Source of the DNA: Methanomicrobiales archaeon | GTDB taxonomy: Archaea; Halobacteriota; Methanomicrobia; Methanomicrobiales; Methanospirillaceae | Assembly: GCA_022841205.1 (NCBI GenBank) | Contig: JALHCK010000004.1 | Location: 118,257 to 142,256, forward strand | Reading direction: 5' to 3' | DNA length: 24,000 nucleotides | In this document: positions 1-8,776 of the stretch, piece by piece | Numbering within the stretch: position 1 is the first letter of the stretch | How the letters are laid out: each line of letters begins with the position of its first letter | Made by a program: the position numbers and the translations under genes | The notes under the pieces: model-generated | Seen by the model: the letters and a program-made list of their open reading frames with translations, nothing else | Database searches by the model: none | Told to the model about the DNA's origin: nothing

Positions 1-2
1 AA

Positions 3-1883
3 CGGATCTCGTACGAGGACATCGGGGGGCTCAAGGACGAGCTCCAGCGGGTGCGGGAGATGATCGAGCTCCCGATGCGCCACCCAGAACTTTTCCAGAA
101 GCTCGGGATCGAACCACCCAAGGGAGTGCTGCTGTTCGGGCCTCCGGGGACCGGAAAGACGCTCATTGCCAAGGCGGTAGCAAGCGAGAGCGGTGCGCAT
201 TTCATCTCCATCGCCGGCCCGGAAGTCATCTCCAAGTATTACGGTGAGAGCGAGCAGAAGCTCCGGGAGATATTTGACGAGGCGGAACAGAGTGCACCCT
301 CCATCATCTTCATCGATGAACTGGATTCCATCACCCCGCGCAGGGAGGAGGTGACCGGGGAGGTCGAGCGCCGGGTTGTCGCCCAGCTTCTCACCATGAT
401 GGACGGCCTCGAGGAGCGGGGTCAGGTGGTGGTGATCGGCGCCACCAACCGGGTCGATGCCATCGATCCCGCCCTCCGCCGCCCCGGGCGGTTCGACCGC
501 GAGATCGAGATCGGGGTGCCAAGCGAACCGGACCGGATCGAGATCCTGAAAATCCATACCCGCGGGATGCCGCTTGCCGGAGATGTCAGCCTCGAGGGGC
601 TGGGACAGCTGACGCACGGGTTTGTAGGTGCAGACCTCGCCGCACTCGCCCGGGAGGCAGCCATCCGTGCCCTCCGGCGCTACCTTCCCGAGATAAACCT
701 CGATGTCGATGAGATCGATCAGGAGATCCTCGACCGGATGGAGGTCAATGCCGGAGATTTCAGGTCTGCCCTCCGGGATGTCAGCCCGAGTGCGATGCGC
801 GAGGTGATGCTCGAGGTCACCCATGTCACCTGGAACGATGTCGGGGGGCTCGAAGGGGCCAAGCAGGAGATTCGCGAGGCGGTGGAACTGCCGCTTACCG
901 AGCGCTCACGCTTTGACGATCTCGGCATCGACCCGCCAAGGGGGGTCCTCCTTTACGGACCTCCCGGGACAGGCAAGACGCTCATTGCCAAGGCGGTAGC
1001 CCACGAGAGTGGTGCAAATTTCATTGCCATCCGGGGCCCGCAGCTTCTGTCCAAGTGGGTCGGCGAGAGCGAGCGGGCGGTCAGGGAAATCTTCAAGAAA
1101 GCCCGGCAGGTTGCACCCTCTATCATCTTCTTTGATGAACTCGATGCCCTTGCCCCGGTCCGCGGCTCCGAAGTCGGGTCGCACGTGATGGAGACGGTGT
1201 TAAACCAGATACTGACCGAGATTGACGGTCTCGAGGAATTAAAAGACGTGGTGATCATGGCCGCCACGAACCAGCCCACTCTCATCGACCCTGCCCTGCT
1301 TCGTGCAGGACGGTTCGACCGCCTGGTATACATCGGGGAGCCGGATCTCGAAGGGAGAAAGGTCATCCTCTCCATCCACCTGCGGTATACACCTATTGCA
1401 GGTTCACGGCTCGAAGAACTGGTCGATCATACCGAACGATACGATGAGGCGGCGCTCGATTCCATCCTCGAACGACTGGGGACATCCCGCACCTTCACCC
1501 TTGGGGAAGCCCGTGCTGCTGCCGACAGCATCGTGCCCGGGGAGAAAGGGAAGCTTAGCCGGGGACAGCGGAGACGACACCTGGTGGATAAAATGGCTGA
1601 ACTGGGACTTGGCCTGGATGATGAACCGCGGGACAGGATCATTGCATCGATCGCGGAACGGACCGAAGGCTATGTCGGGGCAGACCTCGAAGGGCTGTGC
1701 CGGGAAGCGGGGATCTTTGCCATGCGGGAGCGGGCAGCAGCCGTCACTGCCCGCCACTTCGAGCAGAGCCTGGAAAAGATCCATCCCACGATGAATGAAC
1801 GGTTACGGGAATTCTATTCGCGGATATGGCAGCACTTCAAGGGTGGGCTGCCTCGCGAGGTGCAGCCTCCGGAATACCAGTAA
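3..1883 (+). CDS. cdc48: Cdc48/VAT-type double AAA+ ATPase, 5'-truncated by the window edge
   Basis: The frame is open from nt 3 ([24 protein letters not shown]...), so the ORF-track start at 51 is internal. There are two full AAA modules: Walker A GPPGTGKT twice, Walker B IIFIDELD and IIFFDELD, and [19 protein letters not shown] and [19 protein letters not shown]. Stop is TAA at 1881-1883. Confidence 0.95.
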   Translation, partial: RISYEDIGGLKDELQRVREMIELPMRHPELFQKLGIEPPKGVLLFGPPGTGKTLIAKAVASESGAHFISIAGPEVISKYYGESEQKLREIFDEAEQSAPSIIFIDELDSITPRREEVTGEVERRVVAQLLTMMDGLEERGQVVVIGATNRVDAIDPALRRPGRFDREIEIGVPSEPDRIEILKIHTRGMPLAGDVSLEGLGQLTHGFVGADLAALAREAAIRALRRYLPEINLDVDEIDQEILDRMEVNAGDFRSALRDVSPSAMREVMLEVTHVTWNDVGGLEGAKQEIREAVELPLTERSRFDDLGIDPPRGVLLYGPPGTGKTLIAKAVAHESGANFIAIRGPQLLSKWVGESERAVREIFKKARQVAPSIIFFDELDALAPVRGSEVGSHVMETVLNQILTEIDGLEELKDVVIMAATNQPTLIDPALLRAGRFDRLVYIGEPDLEGRKVILSIHLRYTPIAGSRLEELVDHTERYDEAALDSILERLGTSRTFTLGEARAAADSIVPGEKGKLSRGQRRRHLVDKMAELGLGLDDEPRDRIIASIAERTEGYVGADLEGLCREAGIFAMRERAAAVTARHFEQSLEKIHPTMNERLREFYSRIWQHFKGGLPREVQPPEYQ

Positions 1884-2158
1884 CCCGTTTGCTTCGCAAC
1901 GCTGATATTGCTGAGCAGGAGAGATCCCAATAACCGTCATAGTCGGGGAAAGAGGGGGAGCTTCCTCAGATAGAGGGCTCATCCGCGTTCTTCAGGGGCA
2001 GATACAAGGTACGATGAACGGTTGTCCGGGTGGATGTGCTGCCGCATGGCTCGTGGATGGTAAGCATGAGAAGGAAGTCCTGCAGGGAGTACAGGGGCTA
2101 ATCCCCGGCCAAACCTTATAATGAGGAATAGTATATTAAATCACAATGGGGGTGAGCC

Positions 2159-2743
2159 GTGACATCCAACAACAGGCGGTCTTCTGGTGTCCTCGGCCTC
2201 GATCCCGTTATTGACGGGGGCTTTCCCCGCGGGACCACCATCATCGTGATGGGATCTCCGCTTTCCGGTGTCGACCTGATGGCCAGGCAGTTCTGGAAGA
2301 TGGGGGATGAGGGTGGTGCCTACCTCATGATCGACAGCGGGATCGAGGAAGGGATGATCGATGCGCGGGAGCTTGATCCCGGCCAGATCACATCGCTCTT
2401 CTCCGGCCAGCGGATCGTTGTCGATTCCCTCTCATCCATCATCCTCCGGCACGGCATCGAGGCGGGTCTTTCCTGCCTGTCCTCCGCACGGGATGCGGTT
2501 GCCCAGACCGGGGCGAACGTCATGTTCATCCTGTATACCAATATCCACGCCGCACAGGAAGAGATTCGCCTGCACAGGATGGCCGATGTGGTCATCGAGT
2601 TAAGAGAGGCCATCTTCGTGACCGAGGTTGAGCGCCAGCTGGCGGTACGCAAGATGAAGAACAACCCCGTCACAAAAAGGCTGATACCCTTCAACATCAC
2701 CGAGAAGGGAGTCGAGCTCTCGACAACTTCCCGCGTGGTTTAG
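2159..2743 (+). CDS. RecA-superfamily KaiC/RadB-like (COG0467-type) single-domain protein with a degenerate P-loop
   Basis: GTG start at 2159 is preceded by GGGGGTGA (2148-2155), a good match to the archaeal Shine-Dalgarno sequence. The N-terminus GVLGLDPVIDGGFPRGTTIIVMGSPLSGVDLMARQF has the KaiC/RadB layout (G.D..L.GG.P.G....I.G..G.GKT). The GKT position reads SGVD instead. A Walker-B-like RIVVDSLSS is retained. High GC3. Confidence 0.65.
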   Translation: MTSNNRRSSGVLGLDPVIDGGFPRGTTIIVMGSPLSGVDLMARQFWKMGDEGGAYLMIDSGIEEGMIDARELDPGQITSLFSGQRIVVDSLSSIILRHGIEAGLSCLSSARDAVAQTGANVMFILYTNIHAAQEEIRLHRMADVVIELREAIFVTEVERQLAVRKMKNNPVTKRLIPFNITEKGVELSTTSRVV

Positions 2744-2896
2744 GCCGGCTGCCGGGTTTCACGGGGTGCGACGCCTATCGGACAGCTTCTGCCGGGCAAT
2801 TCATGGACATCTGTGATCGGGCGGGCGAGAGGGGCTCCTTACAAGAAATCCAAGAGTCCTTCATGTTGCAGGATGCATCCGGCTGTCAAAACACCG

Positions 2897-2903
2897 TTTT
2901 TTT
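2897..2903 (+). terminator. Oligo-T tract (T7) in the convergent spacer between the KaiC-like gene and metE
   Basis: ccgTTTTTTTctgg. Archaeal termination typically uses oligo-T runs. The tract lies 154 nt past the 2743 stop and 17 nt from the metE stop. Assigning it to the plus-strand gene is an inference. Confidence 0.35.
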
Positions 2904-2919
2904 CTGGCCGGGACCCGGT

Positions 2920-3822
2920 TCAGAGGCTCTGCCGGACCTGGCGGACCGCTTCAACCATCCGGGAAAGCTTGGAGAACGCGGAGTCGCGGGGAAGCATCCG
3001 GAGCCCGCAATCGGGATCGATTAACAGCTGGTCGGGTGCAAACACCGCGAGAGCATCCTCTATCCGTGCCCGGATGGCAGAAACCTCTTCCACATCGGGC
3101 CTTGAGGAGTCGATGCACCCAAAACCGATCATCTTCTGCCCTATGTCGTGGTCTCTGAACAGCGCCAGGTTCTCCGGTGATTTGGCAAACTCGCCATCGA
3201 GAATATCGATCCGCATGGAAAGGAGGTCATCGATGACCCCCTGGAGGTTTCCGCACACGTGCAGGCAGACCGGGACCGAGACTTTTCCGACCACCAGGTC
3301 GAGTGCATCAGCTGCCGTGGCAGGATCAGCTGCTCCCGTGGAAAGGATGGGTTCATCGACCTGGATTATCGACACTCCCGCCTCCTCTAGGAACCCGGCT
3401 TCGCGGGAGAGTGCCAGGGCGAGATCGATTGCCAGTTCCTCCCTGCCCCGGTAGGACGGTGTTGCAATGTGCAGGGCAAAGGAGAGCGTTGAAGGACCGG
3501 TGATTATCCCCTTGACCCGGGGAGCACGGGAGATAGCGTACCGGGTGTCGGAGACGGTTATCGGACCGGCTGCGGGAGAGACAGGACCGATCACCTCGTT
3601 TCCACGGATACCGGGAATCAGCCCGGTGAACATGCCCACCATGTCGCCGCGGACCTGCCCGTCGGAGATGATATCGATCCCTGCGGCAACCTGGTCGGCA
3701 ACCGCGATCCTCACCGCCTCCCGGAACGGGTCAAAGATACCGGAGATCCCCCCCTGTTTCTTTGCCGGGTAACTTCCTACCACCGTGGTAGGAAGAATCA
3801 TTCCCGGGAAGATCCTGCTCAT
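2920..3822 (-). CDS. metE: Archaeal short cobalamin-independent methionine synthase (MetE catalytic-domain homologue)
   Basis: [19 protein letters not shown]..., followed by the Zn-ligand motifs LHVCGN and IDPDCGL typical of the MetE C-terminal domain. ATG at 3822-3820 overlaps the aspS stop as ATGA, so the ORF-track start at 3921 is an over-extension. An alternative start is the ATG at 3801. Confidence 0.88.
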   Translation of the reverse strand: MSRIFPGMILPTTVVGSYPAKKQGGISGIFDPFREAVRIAVADQVAAGIDIISDGQVRGDMVGMFTGLIPGIRGNEVIGPVSPAAGPITVSDTRYAISRAPRVKGIITGPSTLSFALHIATPSYRGREELAIDLALALSREAGFLEEAGVSIIQVDEPILSTGAADPATAADALDLVVGKVSVPVCLHVCGNLQGVIDDLLSMRIDILDGEFAKSPENLALFRDHDIGQKMIGFGCIDSSRPDVEEVSAIRARIEDALAVFAPDQLLIDPDCGLRMLPRDSAFSKLSRMVEAVRQVRQSL

Positions 3823-5111
3823 GGGGTCAGCCGGTGACGGTCTCTTGGGAAGAGGACCGCTTCCCTGATGTTTCCAAGCGAGAGCATGGTCATGACCAGG
3901 CGTTCCGCACCAAGCCCCCATCCGGCATGGGGCGGCATCCCGTAGCGGAAAGGATCGAGATAAAACTCAAAATTATCGGGATTGAGCCCCTTGGCCTGGA
4001 TCTGCCGGACGAGCAGGTCGTGCTGGTGAACCCGCTCTGCCCCCGAGGAGAGTTCCATCCGGGGGTGCATCAGGTCAAACGCCTTGCAGACCTCCGGGTT
4101 ATCCTCGTAAGGCATGGCATAGTAGGGCTTGATCTCGGTCGGCCAGTCGACGATGAAGTAGTGCCTGCCCACCTGTTCGCCAAGAGCCTTCTCGGCTATG
4201 GTGCCGATATCATCGCCGTAGGCGATCGGCTCGCCGGTCGCTTCAGCTGCCATGCGGATGGCATCGGCATAGGAAAGCCGGGGGAAGGGGGCTTCCGGGA
4301 CAGGGAGCGGCCCGATCTCCATGGATTCGAGGGCCGGCGCACACCTTTCATTCACCTCGCGGTAGACAGCAACGATCAGTTCCTCAAGGAGGTTCATGAC
4401 ATCGTGGTGATCGGCAAACGAGACCTCGATGTCGATGGAGGTGGCCTCGTTTAAGTGTTTTGTAGTATTATGCTCTTCTGCCCGGAATATCGGCCCGATC
4501 TCAAAGACCTTCTCGAACCCTGCTCCCATCATCATCTGCTTGTAGAGCTGCGGACTCTGGTTGAGGAAGGCCTCCTTCTCGAAGTATGCGATGGGGAAGA
4601 GATCGGTTCCCCCCTCGGTGGCAGCCGCCACGATCTTCGGAGTCGAGATATTCACGAACCCGCGGGAGTAGAGAAAATCGGATACCGTCTGCAGGACTGC
4701 ACTCCTGACCTGGAATACCGCCGCAACCCGTGGCCGGCGGGCATCCAGGAACCGGGCATCGAGCCGGGTGTCGAGCTCTGCAGGGACCTTCTCGACCACG
4801 TCAAGCGGGAGAGGGCTTTCGCTCCTGCACACGACCTCGAATTCATCGGGAACAAGCTCCCTTCCACCCGGGGCCTTGTCGATGGCCTTCACCTTCCCCT
4901 TGACCCGGACCAGGGACTCGCGGGGGGCGTCCCTTAAGGCCGAAAGCACCTGCTCCCCGACCTTCTTCTTCGGGACAGTCACCTGCAGGATCCCGGACCG
5001 GTCCCTGATCAAAAGGAAGGAAAGGCCGCCAAGATCCCGGACTTCATGGACCCAGCCCAGCACTTCGGCTGTTTCCGACTGAGGGGTCACTTCCCGTATT
5101 GGAATCCGCAT
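3819..5111 (-). CDS. aspS: Aspartyl-tRNA synthetase, archaeal type
   Basis: [10 protein letters not shown]...[29 protein letters not shown] is the OB anticodon-binding domain. Class II motifs are [14 protein letters not shown] and GLGAERLVM, and the C-terminal [10 protein letters not shown] is typical. Start ATG at 5111; the 39 upstream codons in the ORF track look non-coding. Confidence 0.95.
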   Translation of the reverse strand: MRIPIREVTPQSETAEVLGWVHEVRDLGGLSFLLIRDRSGILQVTVPKKKVGEQVLSALRDAPRESLVRVKGKVKAIDKAPGGRELVPDEFEVVCRSESPLPLDVVEKVPAELDTRLDARFLDARRPRVAAVFQVRSAVLQTVSDFLYSRGFVNISTPKIVAAATEGGTDLFPIAYFEKEAFLNQSPQLYKQMMMGAGFEKVFEIGPIFRAEEHNTTKHLNEATSIDIEVSFADHHDVMNLLEELIVAVYREVNERCAPALESMEIGPLPVPEAPFPRLSYADAIRMAAEATGEPIAYGDDIGTIAEKALGEQVGRHYFIVDWPTEIKPYYAMPYEDNPEVCKAFDLMHPRMELSSGAERVHQHDLLVRQIQAKGLNPDNFEFYLDPFRYGMPPHAGWGLGAERLVMTMLSLGNIREAVLFPRDRHRLTP

Positions 5112-5140
5112 GTAAATCCTGGAACTATGGGAGGCGGGAG

Positions 5141-5148
5141 ATAATCTC
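5141..5148 (-). promoter_or_regulatory. TATA-like element (minus strand GAGATTAT preceded by an A6 BRE-like run) upstream of aspS, inside a 7-bp inverted repeat
   Basis: It lies about 30-37 nt upstream of the aspS ATG (5111). It is flanked by GGGAGGC (5129-5135) and GCCTCCC (5155-5161). The short distance implies a very short leader or a leaderless mRNA. Confidence 0.3.
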
Positions 5149-5190
5149 TTTTTTGCCTCCCGGTTCCCGGTCTCTCTCTGATCGAAAGAT

Positions 5191-5835
5191 TCATGCCCGG
5201 GTGGCCAGTCCCCGGATCCGCGGCTCAATTTCCGGAATTCCGGTTTCGATCAGGTCCCATATCAGGACCCAGTCCGGGCCGAAATACGGCGGGCTCAGCC
5301 GGGTTTGCAGTCCTTCCAGCAGCTTCCAGGGGATTTCCGGGGCGGCTTGTTTCTGTTCCGGGGAGATGAGGGCTGCACATTCCCCGATAACCCGGACTGA
5401 CCATGCTGTTGCCCGTTTCAGCGTTTCGTCCCGGGAAAATGCCCTGAAATCTATATCTTTTCGCCTGGAGCTGAGAAAGGCGCACTCGGCAGCCATCCGG
5501 GAGAGGTATGCCCTGTCCCTTTTCAGCCGGGCATGTTCCTCCTCGAATTCGGCCGAGAGATATCCTTCGAGGACCCGCCGGGTCACAAGGTCCACCCGGC
5601 GCCCCAGCAGGTCTTCGAGGTAATCGGCAAGACCGATGAAATTGGCCCAGGTCTCGGACCCCGGTTCGAACTCGACCTCGATGTCCACATCGCTGCCAGG
5701 GCGCATCGTCCCCCGGGCACAGGATCCGAAAATGCCGATCTTCCCGACCCCGAACATCCTTCTCATTGCCGGAAACCGGGTATTGATGGCAACCATTACG
5801 TCTTCGCAGGTATCTGCCCCGGTCTTTTGCTCCAT
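5191..5835 (-). CDS. Fused MNT-type nucleotidyltransferase (N-terminal) and HEPN/DUF86 domain (C-terminal) protein
   Basis: The N-terminal half contains GIFGSCARGTMRPGSDVDIEVEF, the GS-X9-DxD motif of minimal nucleotidyltransferases, followed by VDLVT. The C-terminal half contains VRVIGECAALISPEQKQAAPEIPW...GLQTRLSPPYFGPDWVLIWD, which matches the DUF86 pattern (IGEA...P.ipW..i.g.RN.l.HeYf.vD...vW). ATG at 5835 is preceded by GAGGTGGA with a 6-nt spacer. It is a single uninterrupted ORF. Confidence 0.8.
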   Translation of the reverse strand: MEQKTGADTCEDVMVAINTRFPAMRRMFGVGKIGIFGSCARGTMRPGSDVDIEVEFEPGSETWANFIGLADYLEDLLGRRVDLVTRRVLEGYLSAEFEEEHARLKRDRAYLSRMAAECAFLSSRRKDIDFRAFSRDETLKRATAWSVRVIGECAALISPEQKQAAPEIPWKLLEGLQTRLSPPYFGPDWVLIWDLIETGIPEIEPRIRGLATRA

Positions 5836-5945
5836 CACCTGTCCACCTCGCCCTTCACCCTGATAATATCGGGAATGTATTGTTCCTGGTACATCTTGAA
5901 AGGGTTCATGGGGTCTTCCCGGAATTCATGCGGACTGGGGGATCC

Positions 5946-6845
5946 TCAACTCCGGGTGGAGGCGAGCAGAACCTTTGCAAGCGACGCGCTCTGCTCTTCA
6001 CCGGTCATCAGGGTATCGAGCTTCAGGCTCCCGGGCACATCAACAGGATCACGGATGTCCTGGACAAAGAGATCGATGAGGTCGTGGTAGAGTATCTCGC
6101 AGGAACGGGAATCGGGGGACAGTCCCCGGGCCCGCATCAGGGCGCCGGCAGGGCCGCTGACCGGCGCATCTCCGATGAACGGGCTCACGGCAATGACGAA
6201 AGCATCCATGAGTGCGGGGACAATTCCTTCACATTCGAGGATGGGAAGGATGCTCGTGACAGGATTGCTCGGGCCGATGATGACCATGTCAGATGCTTCG
6301 ATGGCCGAGAGCACCTCCGTGGTGGCCTGCGGGCCGGTCGGGGCATACCGGATGACCTCCTCGATGGGAATCGACCCGCGGTGCTTCACCCAGTATTCCT
6401 GGTAGTGAATAACCCGGCCCCCGGTCCTGATCAGAGTTGCAACCTGCTGGTCGGTCATCGGGAGAACCTGTGCCGCAATCCCAAGCCGTCCGGAGAGGAT
6501 GCGGGTCGCCCCGGTGAGGGTGTGGCCGCTGTTCAGGAGATCTCCGCGTGCGATCTGGATCGCACGGTCCTGGTCACCGATCCCGATGTACTCGTCGATT
6601 CCCAGCCGGAGCAGTTCATCGTGGGTGCGGAAGGTATCGCCCTGTATTCCCCACCATGTGCCGGTGTTCAGTATGCCCGAGAAGAGGTAGAGGAGCGTGT
6701 CGATATCCGGTGAGAGGTGGCCGCCGGATATCCACAGGTCTTCGGCGGTGTTCACGACCACGGAAATCCCGGTGTCGGGAAGGTGCCTGCGGGCCCCCCT
6801 GATGAGCTTGGGAGTGCCTGTTCCTCCGGAAAGGAAGGTGATCAT
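5946..6845 (-). CDS. cofD: 2-phospho-L-lactate transferase (LPPG:FO transferase, coenzyme F420 biosynthesis)
   Basis: [17 protein letters not shown]...[29 protein letters not shown]...GIGDQDRA...[11 protein letters not shown]...AVSPFIG..PVSGPA matches the CofD family along its whole length. Start is either ATG 6845 or GTG 6848. Confidence 0.93.
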   Translation of the reverse strand: MITFLSGGTGTPKLIRGARRHLPDTGISVVVNTAEDLWISGGHLSPDIDTLLYLFSGILNTGTWWGIQGDTFRTHDELLRLGIDEYIGIGDQDRAIQIARGDLLNSGHTLTGATRILSGRLGIAAQVLPMTDQQVATLIRTGGRVIHYQEYWVKHRGSIPIEEVIRYAPTGPQATTEVLSAIEASDMVIIGPSNPVTSILPILECEGIVPALMDAFVIAVSPFIGDAPVSGPAGALMRARGLSPDSRSCEILYHDLIDLFVQDIRDPVDVPGSLKLDTLMTGEEQSASLAKVLLASTRS

Positions 6846-6848
6846 CAC

Positions 6849-6893
6849 TCAATACCTTTATTTTCCCGATATCAAGACTGTTTAGGTAGCCTG
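6849..6893. promoter_or_regulatory. 45-bp divergent promoter region between cofD and the HD-domain gene
   Basis: AT-rich elements CTTTATTTT (6857-6865) and the palindromic GATATC (6868-6873) sit 20-35 nt from both start codons. The spacing implies short or leaderless transcripts in both directions. No transcript data. Confidence 0.35.
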
Positions 6894-8099
6894 ATGAAGA
6901 TCATCAAGGATCCGGTCCACGGATACATCGAGGTTCCGGGCTACGTCCTGCCCATCCTTGATGCCCCGGTCCTGCAGCGTCTCCGCTATATCCGCCAGCT
7001 CGGTTTCTCCTACCTCGTGTATCCCGGTGCAAACCATACACGGTTCGAACACTCGCTCGGCACCATGTTTCTCGCCGACCTGATGGCCCGCCAGCTTCTC
7101 CTCTCTCCTGATGAACGCCAGCTGGTGATATCGACCGCGCTCATCCACGATGCCGGGCACGGCCCGTTCTCCCACGCCATCGAGCCAGCGATGGAGGAGC
7201 TGTGCGGCAGGGCACACCACGACACGGCATGGCTTGCCGAAGACGTCGATCTATTCTCCATCCTTTCCGGGCACGGGGTCGATGCCGGGCAGTCGGTGGC
7301 GCTCCTGAAGGGGGAGCACGAGCTCTCGGGGATCCTGCACGGCGAACTGGACGTCGATCGGATGGACTACCTCCTCCGTGATGCCCACTACACCGGGGTT
7401 CCCTATGGAACAGTCGATGCCCACCGCCTGATACGAAATACCGTGATTTCCGAGGGGCAGATCGCCATCCGGGAAGGGGGGATCAATGCTGCCGAATCCC
7501 TGCTGATCGCCCGGACCCTGATGCGGCCGGCCGTCTACTACCACCATGTCAGCAGGATTGCCGAGATGATGTTTTCCCGTGCGGTGTACGAGCATTTCCA
7601 GGGTATCCGGGGGGCCCATCCCGGATCCTTCATGCGGCTCGATGATGCAGGCTGCTTCCAGAGCCTCCTTCACTCGCCATCTGAAGTGGCCCGGGTGCTC
7701 ATGGAGGATATATACAGCCGGAGGATGTACAAGCGTGCCCTCTACGTTGGAAAGGACCAGGTCAACACGGCAACTATTGCCAGGGAGAGCACACCGCAGA
7801 GGATGCGCGATCTCGCGGCGCGGATCGCGAAGTCTGCCGGAGTCGAGGCGCACGAGATCCTGGTCGATATCCCCGAGTTCCCGAAGGACATGTCGGTGCA
7901 CGTGAAGGTGAAGAACCGCAACCGGGTGGTGGGGCTGGAAGAGATATCACCACTGGTGACAACGCTCAATGAAACCCGGCGCGGCCAGTGGCGGCTGGGA
8001 GTGTATTCTTCACCCGGATGCGTTGCCGAAGCAGGGCTGGCTGCCCGCGAGGTACTGCATGTGAAGCCGCTCACCACCCAGGACCGGCTCTCGTTCTGA
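6894..8099 (+). CDS. HD-domain metal-dependent phosphohydrolase (COG1078-type)
   Basis: MKIIKDPVHGYIEVP...LQRLRYIRQLG...NHTRFEHSLGT...ALIHDAGHGPFSH...LDVDRMDYLLRDAHYTGV carries the HD motifs characteristic of this family. ATG at 6894; the ORF-track start at 6717 overlaps cofD and is rejected. Confidence 0.85.
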   Translation: MKIIKDPVHGYIEVPGYVLPILDAPVLQRLRYIRQLGFSYLVYPGANHTRFEHSLGTMFLADLMARQLLLSPDERQLVISTALIHDAGHGPFSHAIEPAMEELCGRAHHDTAWLAEDVDLFSILSGHGVDAGQSVALLKGEHELSGILHGELDVDRMDYLLRDAHYTGVPYGTVDAHRLIRNTVISEGQIAIREGGINAAESLLIARTLMRPAVYYHHVSRIAEMMFSRAVYEHFQGIRGAHPGSFMRLDDAGCFQSLLHSPSEVARVLMEDIYSRRMYKRALYVGKDQVNTATIARESTPQRMRDLAARIAKSAGVEAHEILVDIPEFPKDMSVHVKVKNRNRVVGLEEISPLVTTLNETRRGQWRLGVYSSPGCVAEAGLAAREVLHVKPLTTQDRLSF

Positions 8100-8119
8100 T
8101 GGAAGGCTGGTCACGGATT

Positions 8120-8138
8120 AAAAAAAGAACCTTTATGC
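8120..8138 (+). promoter_or_regulatory. Candidate BRE/TATA (AAAAAAGAACCTTTATGC) for the 8173 gene
   Basis: A purine-rich run is followed by CTTTATGC about 35-40 nt upstream of the TTG start. It sits between the arms of an inverted repeat (TGGAAGG 8100-8106 / CCTTCCA 8152-8158). Confidence 0.35.
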
Positions 8139-8172
8139 ATACCGGGGTGAACCTTCCAGCGAGGGGGATTCC

Positions 8173-8616
8173 TTGCTCGAATACTGGATAGTGGTCACGA
8201 TTGGCATAATCGTGGTTGTTGTTGCTCTCTGCCTGACCTACCTCTACGCAGAGAGCAGGGAGCTGCGGCTGGTCCGCAGCAGGTATCGCCTGAAGGTCTA
8301 CGAGGAACTCTTCCATGCCATCACCGATATGAACGTCGCCGGGACGGACGGATACAGGCTGGGTCAGGCCAAGAAGAGGATGGCGTTTGCCCTGAACCGG
8401 CTCAACCTGGTAGCATCGGAGGAAGTCCTGAAACGCGTGAACGATCTGCTCGATTTCCTGAACGAAATCCCTGAGGGGAACTTCGACATGCTCCGGCAGC
8501 TGAACCTCCTGAATGCCATAGTCCTTGCGGCACGAAAGGATCTCGACCCGGCATCGGCCCGGGCCATCGAAGCTTCCGGGTTCAGGTTCAGGTTCTATGC
8601 CCCGGCCCGGGAATAA
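8173..8616 (+). CDS. Small membrane-anchored protein of unknown function (one N-terminal TM helix plus a helical soluble part)
   Basis: TTG start is preceded by GAGGGGGA (8161-8168). The hydrophobic N-terminus is WIVVTIGIIVVVVALCLTYLY. Strong G/C preference at third codon positions in this frame favours it over the overlapping 190-aa antisense ORF. I recognise no family. Confidence 0.6.
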   Translation: MLEYWIVVTIGIIVVVVALCLTYLYAESRELRLVRSRYRLKVYEELFHAITDMNVAGTDGYRLGQAKKRMAFALNRLNLVASEEVLKRVNDLLDFLNEIPEGNFDMLRQLNLLNAIVLAARKDLDPASARAIEASGFRFRFYAPARE

Positions 8617-8707
8617 TTCCCGGACATCTCTTGCTTCCCGCATGCCGCTCCATCCTCCGGACTGGCGAAACAGAGTCCTGCACCCTGTTCTCCCGGACCA
8701 CCCCGGA

Positions 8708-8717
8708 TTTTAATATT
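8708..8717 (+). promoter_or_regulatory. TATA box candidate TTTTAATATT upstream of the UbiD-AcnX pair
   Basis: This is the only AT-rich element in the 160-nt spacer. It lies about 35 nt upstream of GTG 8750 and about 60 nt upstream of ATG 8777. Confidence 0.45.
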
Positions 8718-8776
8718 CAGCATAGCCAATCTTTTGAACAAGGCGGGCGGTGCCCGGTCAGGGGAGCACGATCAGG

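Noticed and set aside
1884-2158. A 275-nt gene-free spacer after cdc48, considered as a possible ncRNA (C/D-box sRNA, SRP RNA or similar).
   Set aside because: There is only a loose C-box-like CGATGAA and CTGA strings without correct spacing or terminal stems, and no similarity to the SRP or RNase P cores that I can see. The 3' part is explained by promoter and Shine-Dalgarno elements of the KaiC-like gene. An Rfam scan would be needed to exclude an ncRNA.
6717-6893. N-terminal extensions in the ORF track (6717 for the HD gene; likewise 3921 metE, 5228 aspS, 9738 AcnX, 14018 HEAT, 14578 polC, 19800 desulfurase, 22947 CMD, 11339 TM-HEAT).
   Set aside because: The extensions overlap upstream genes or promoters, lack family-conserved residues, and have internal starts with Shine-Dalgarno sites or ATGA coupling that match the conserved N-termini.
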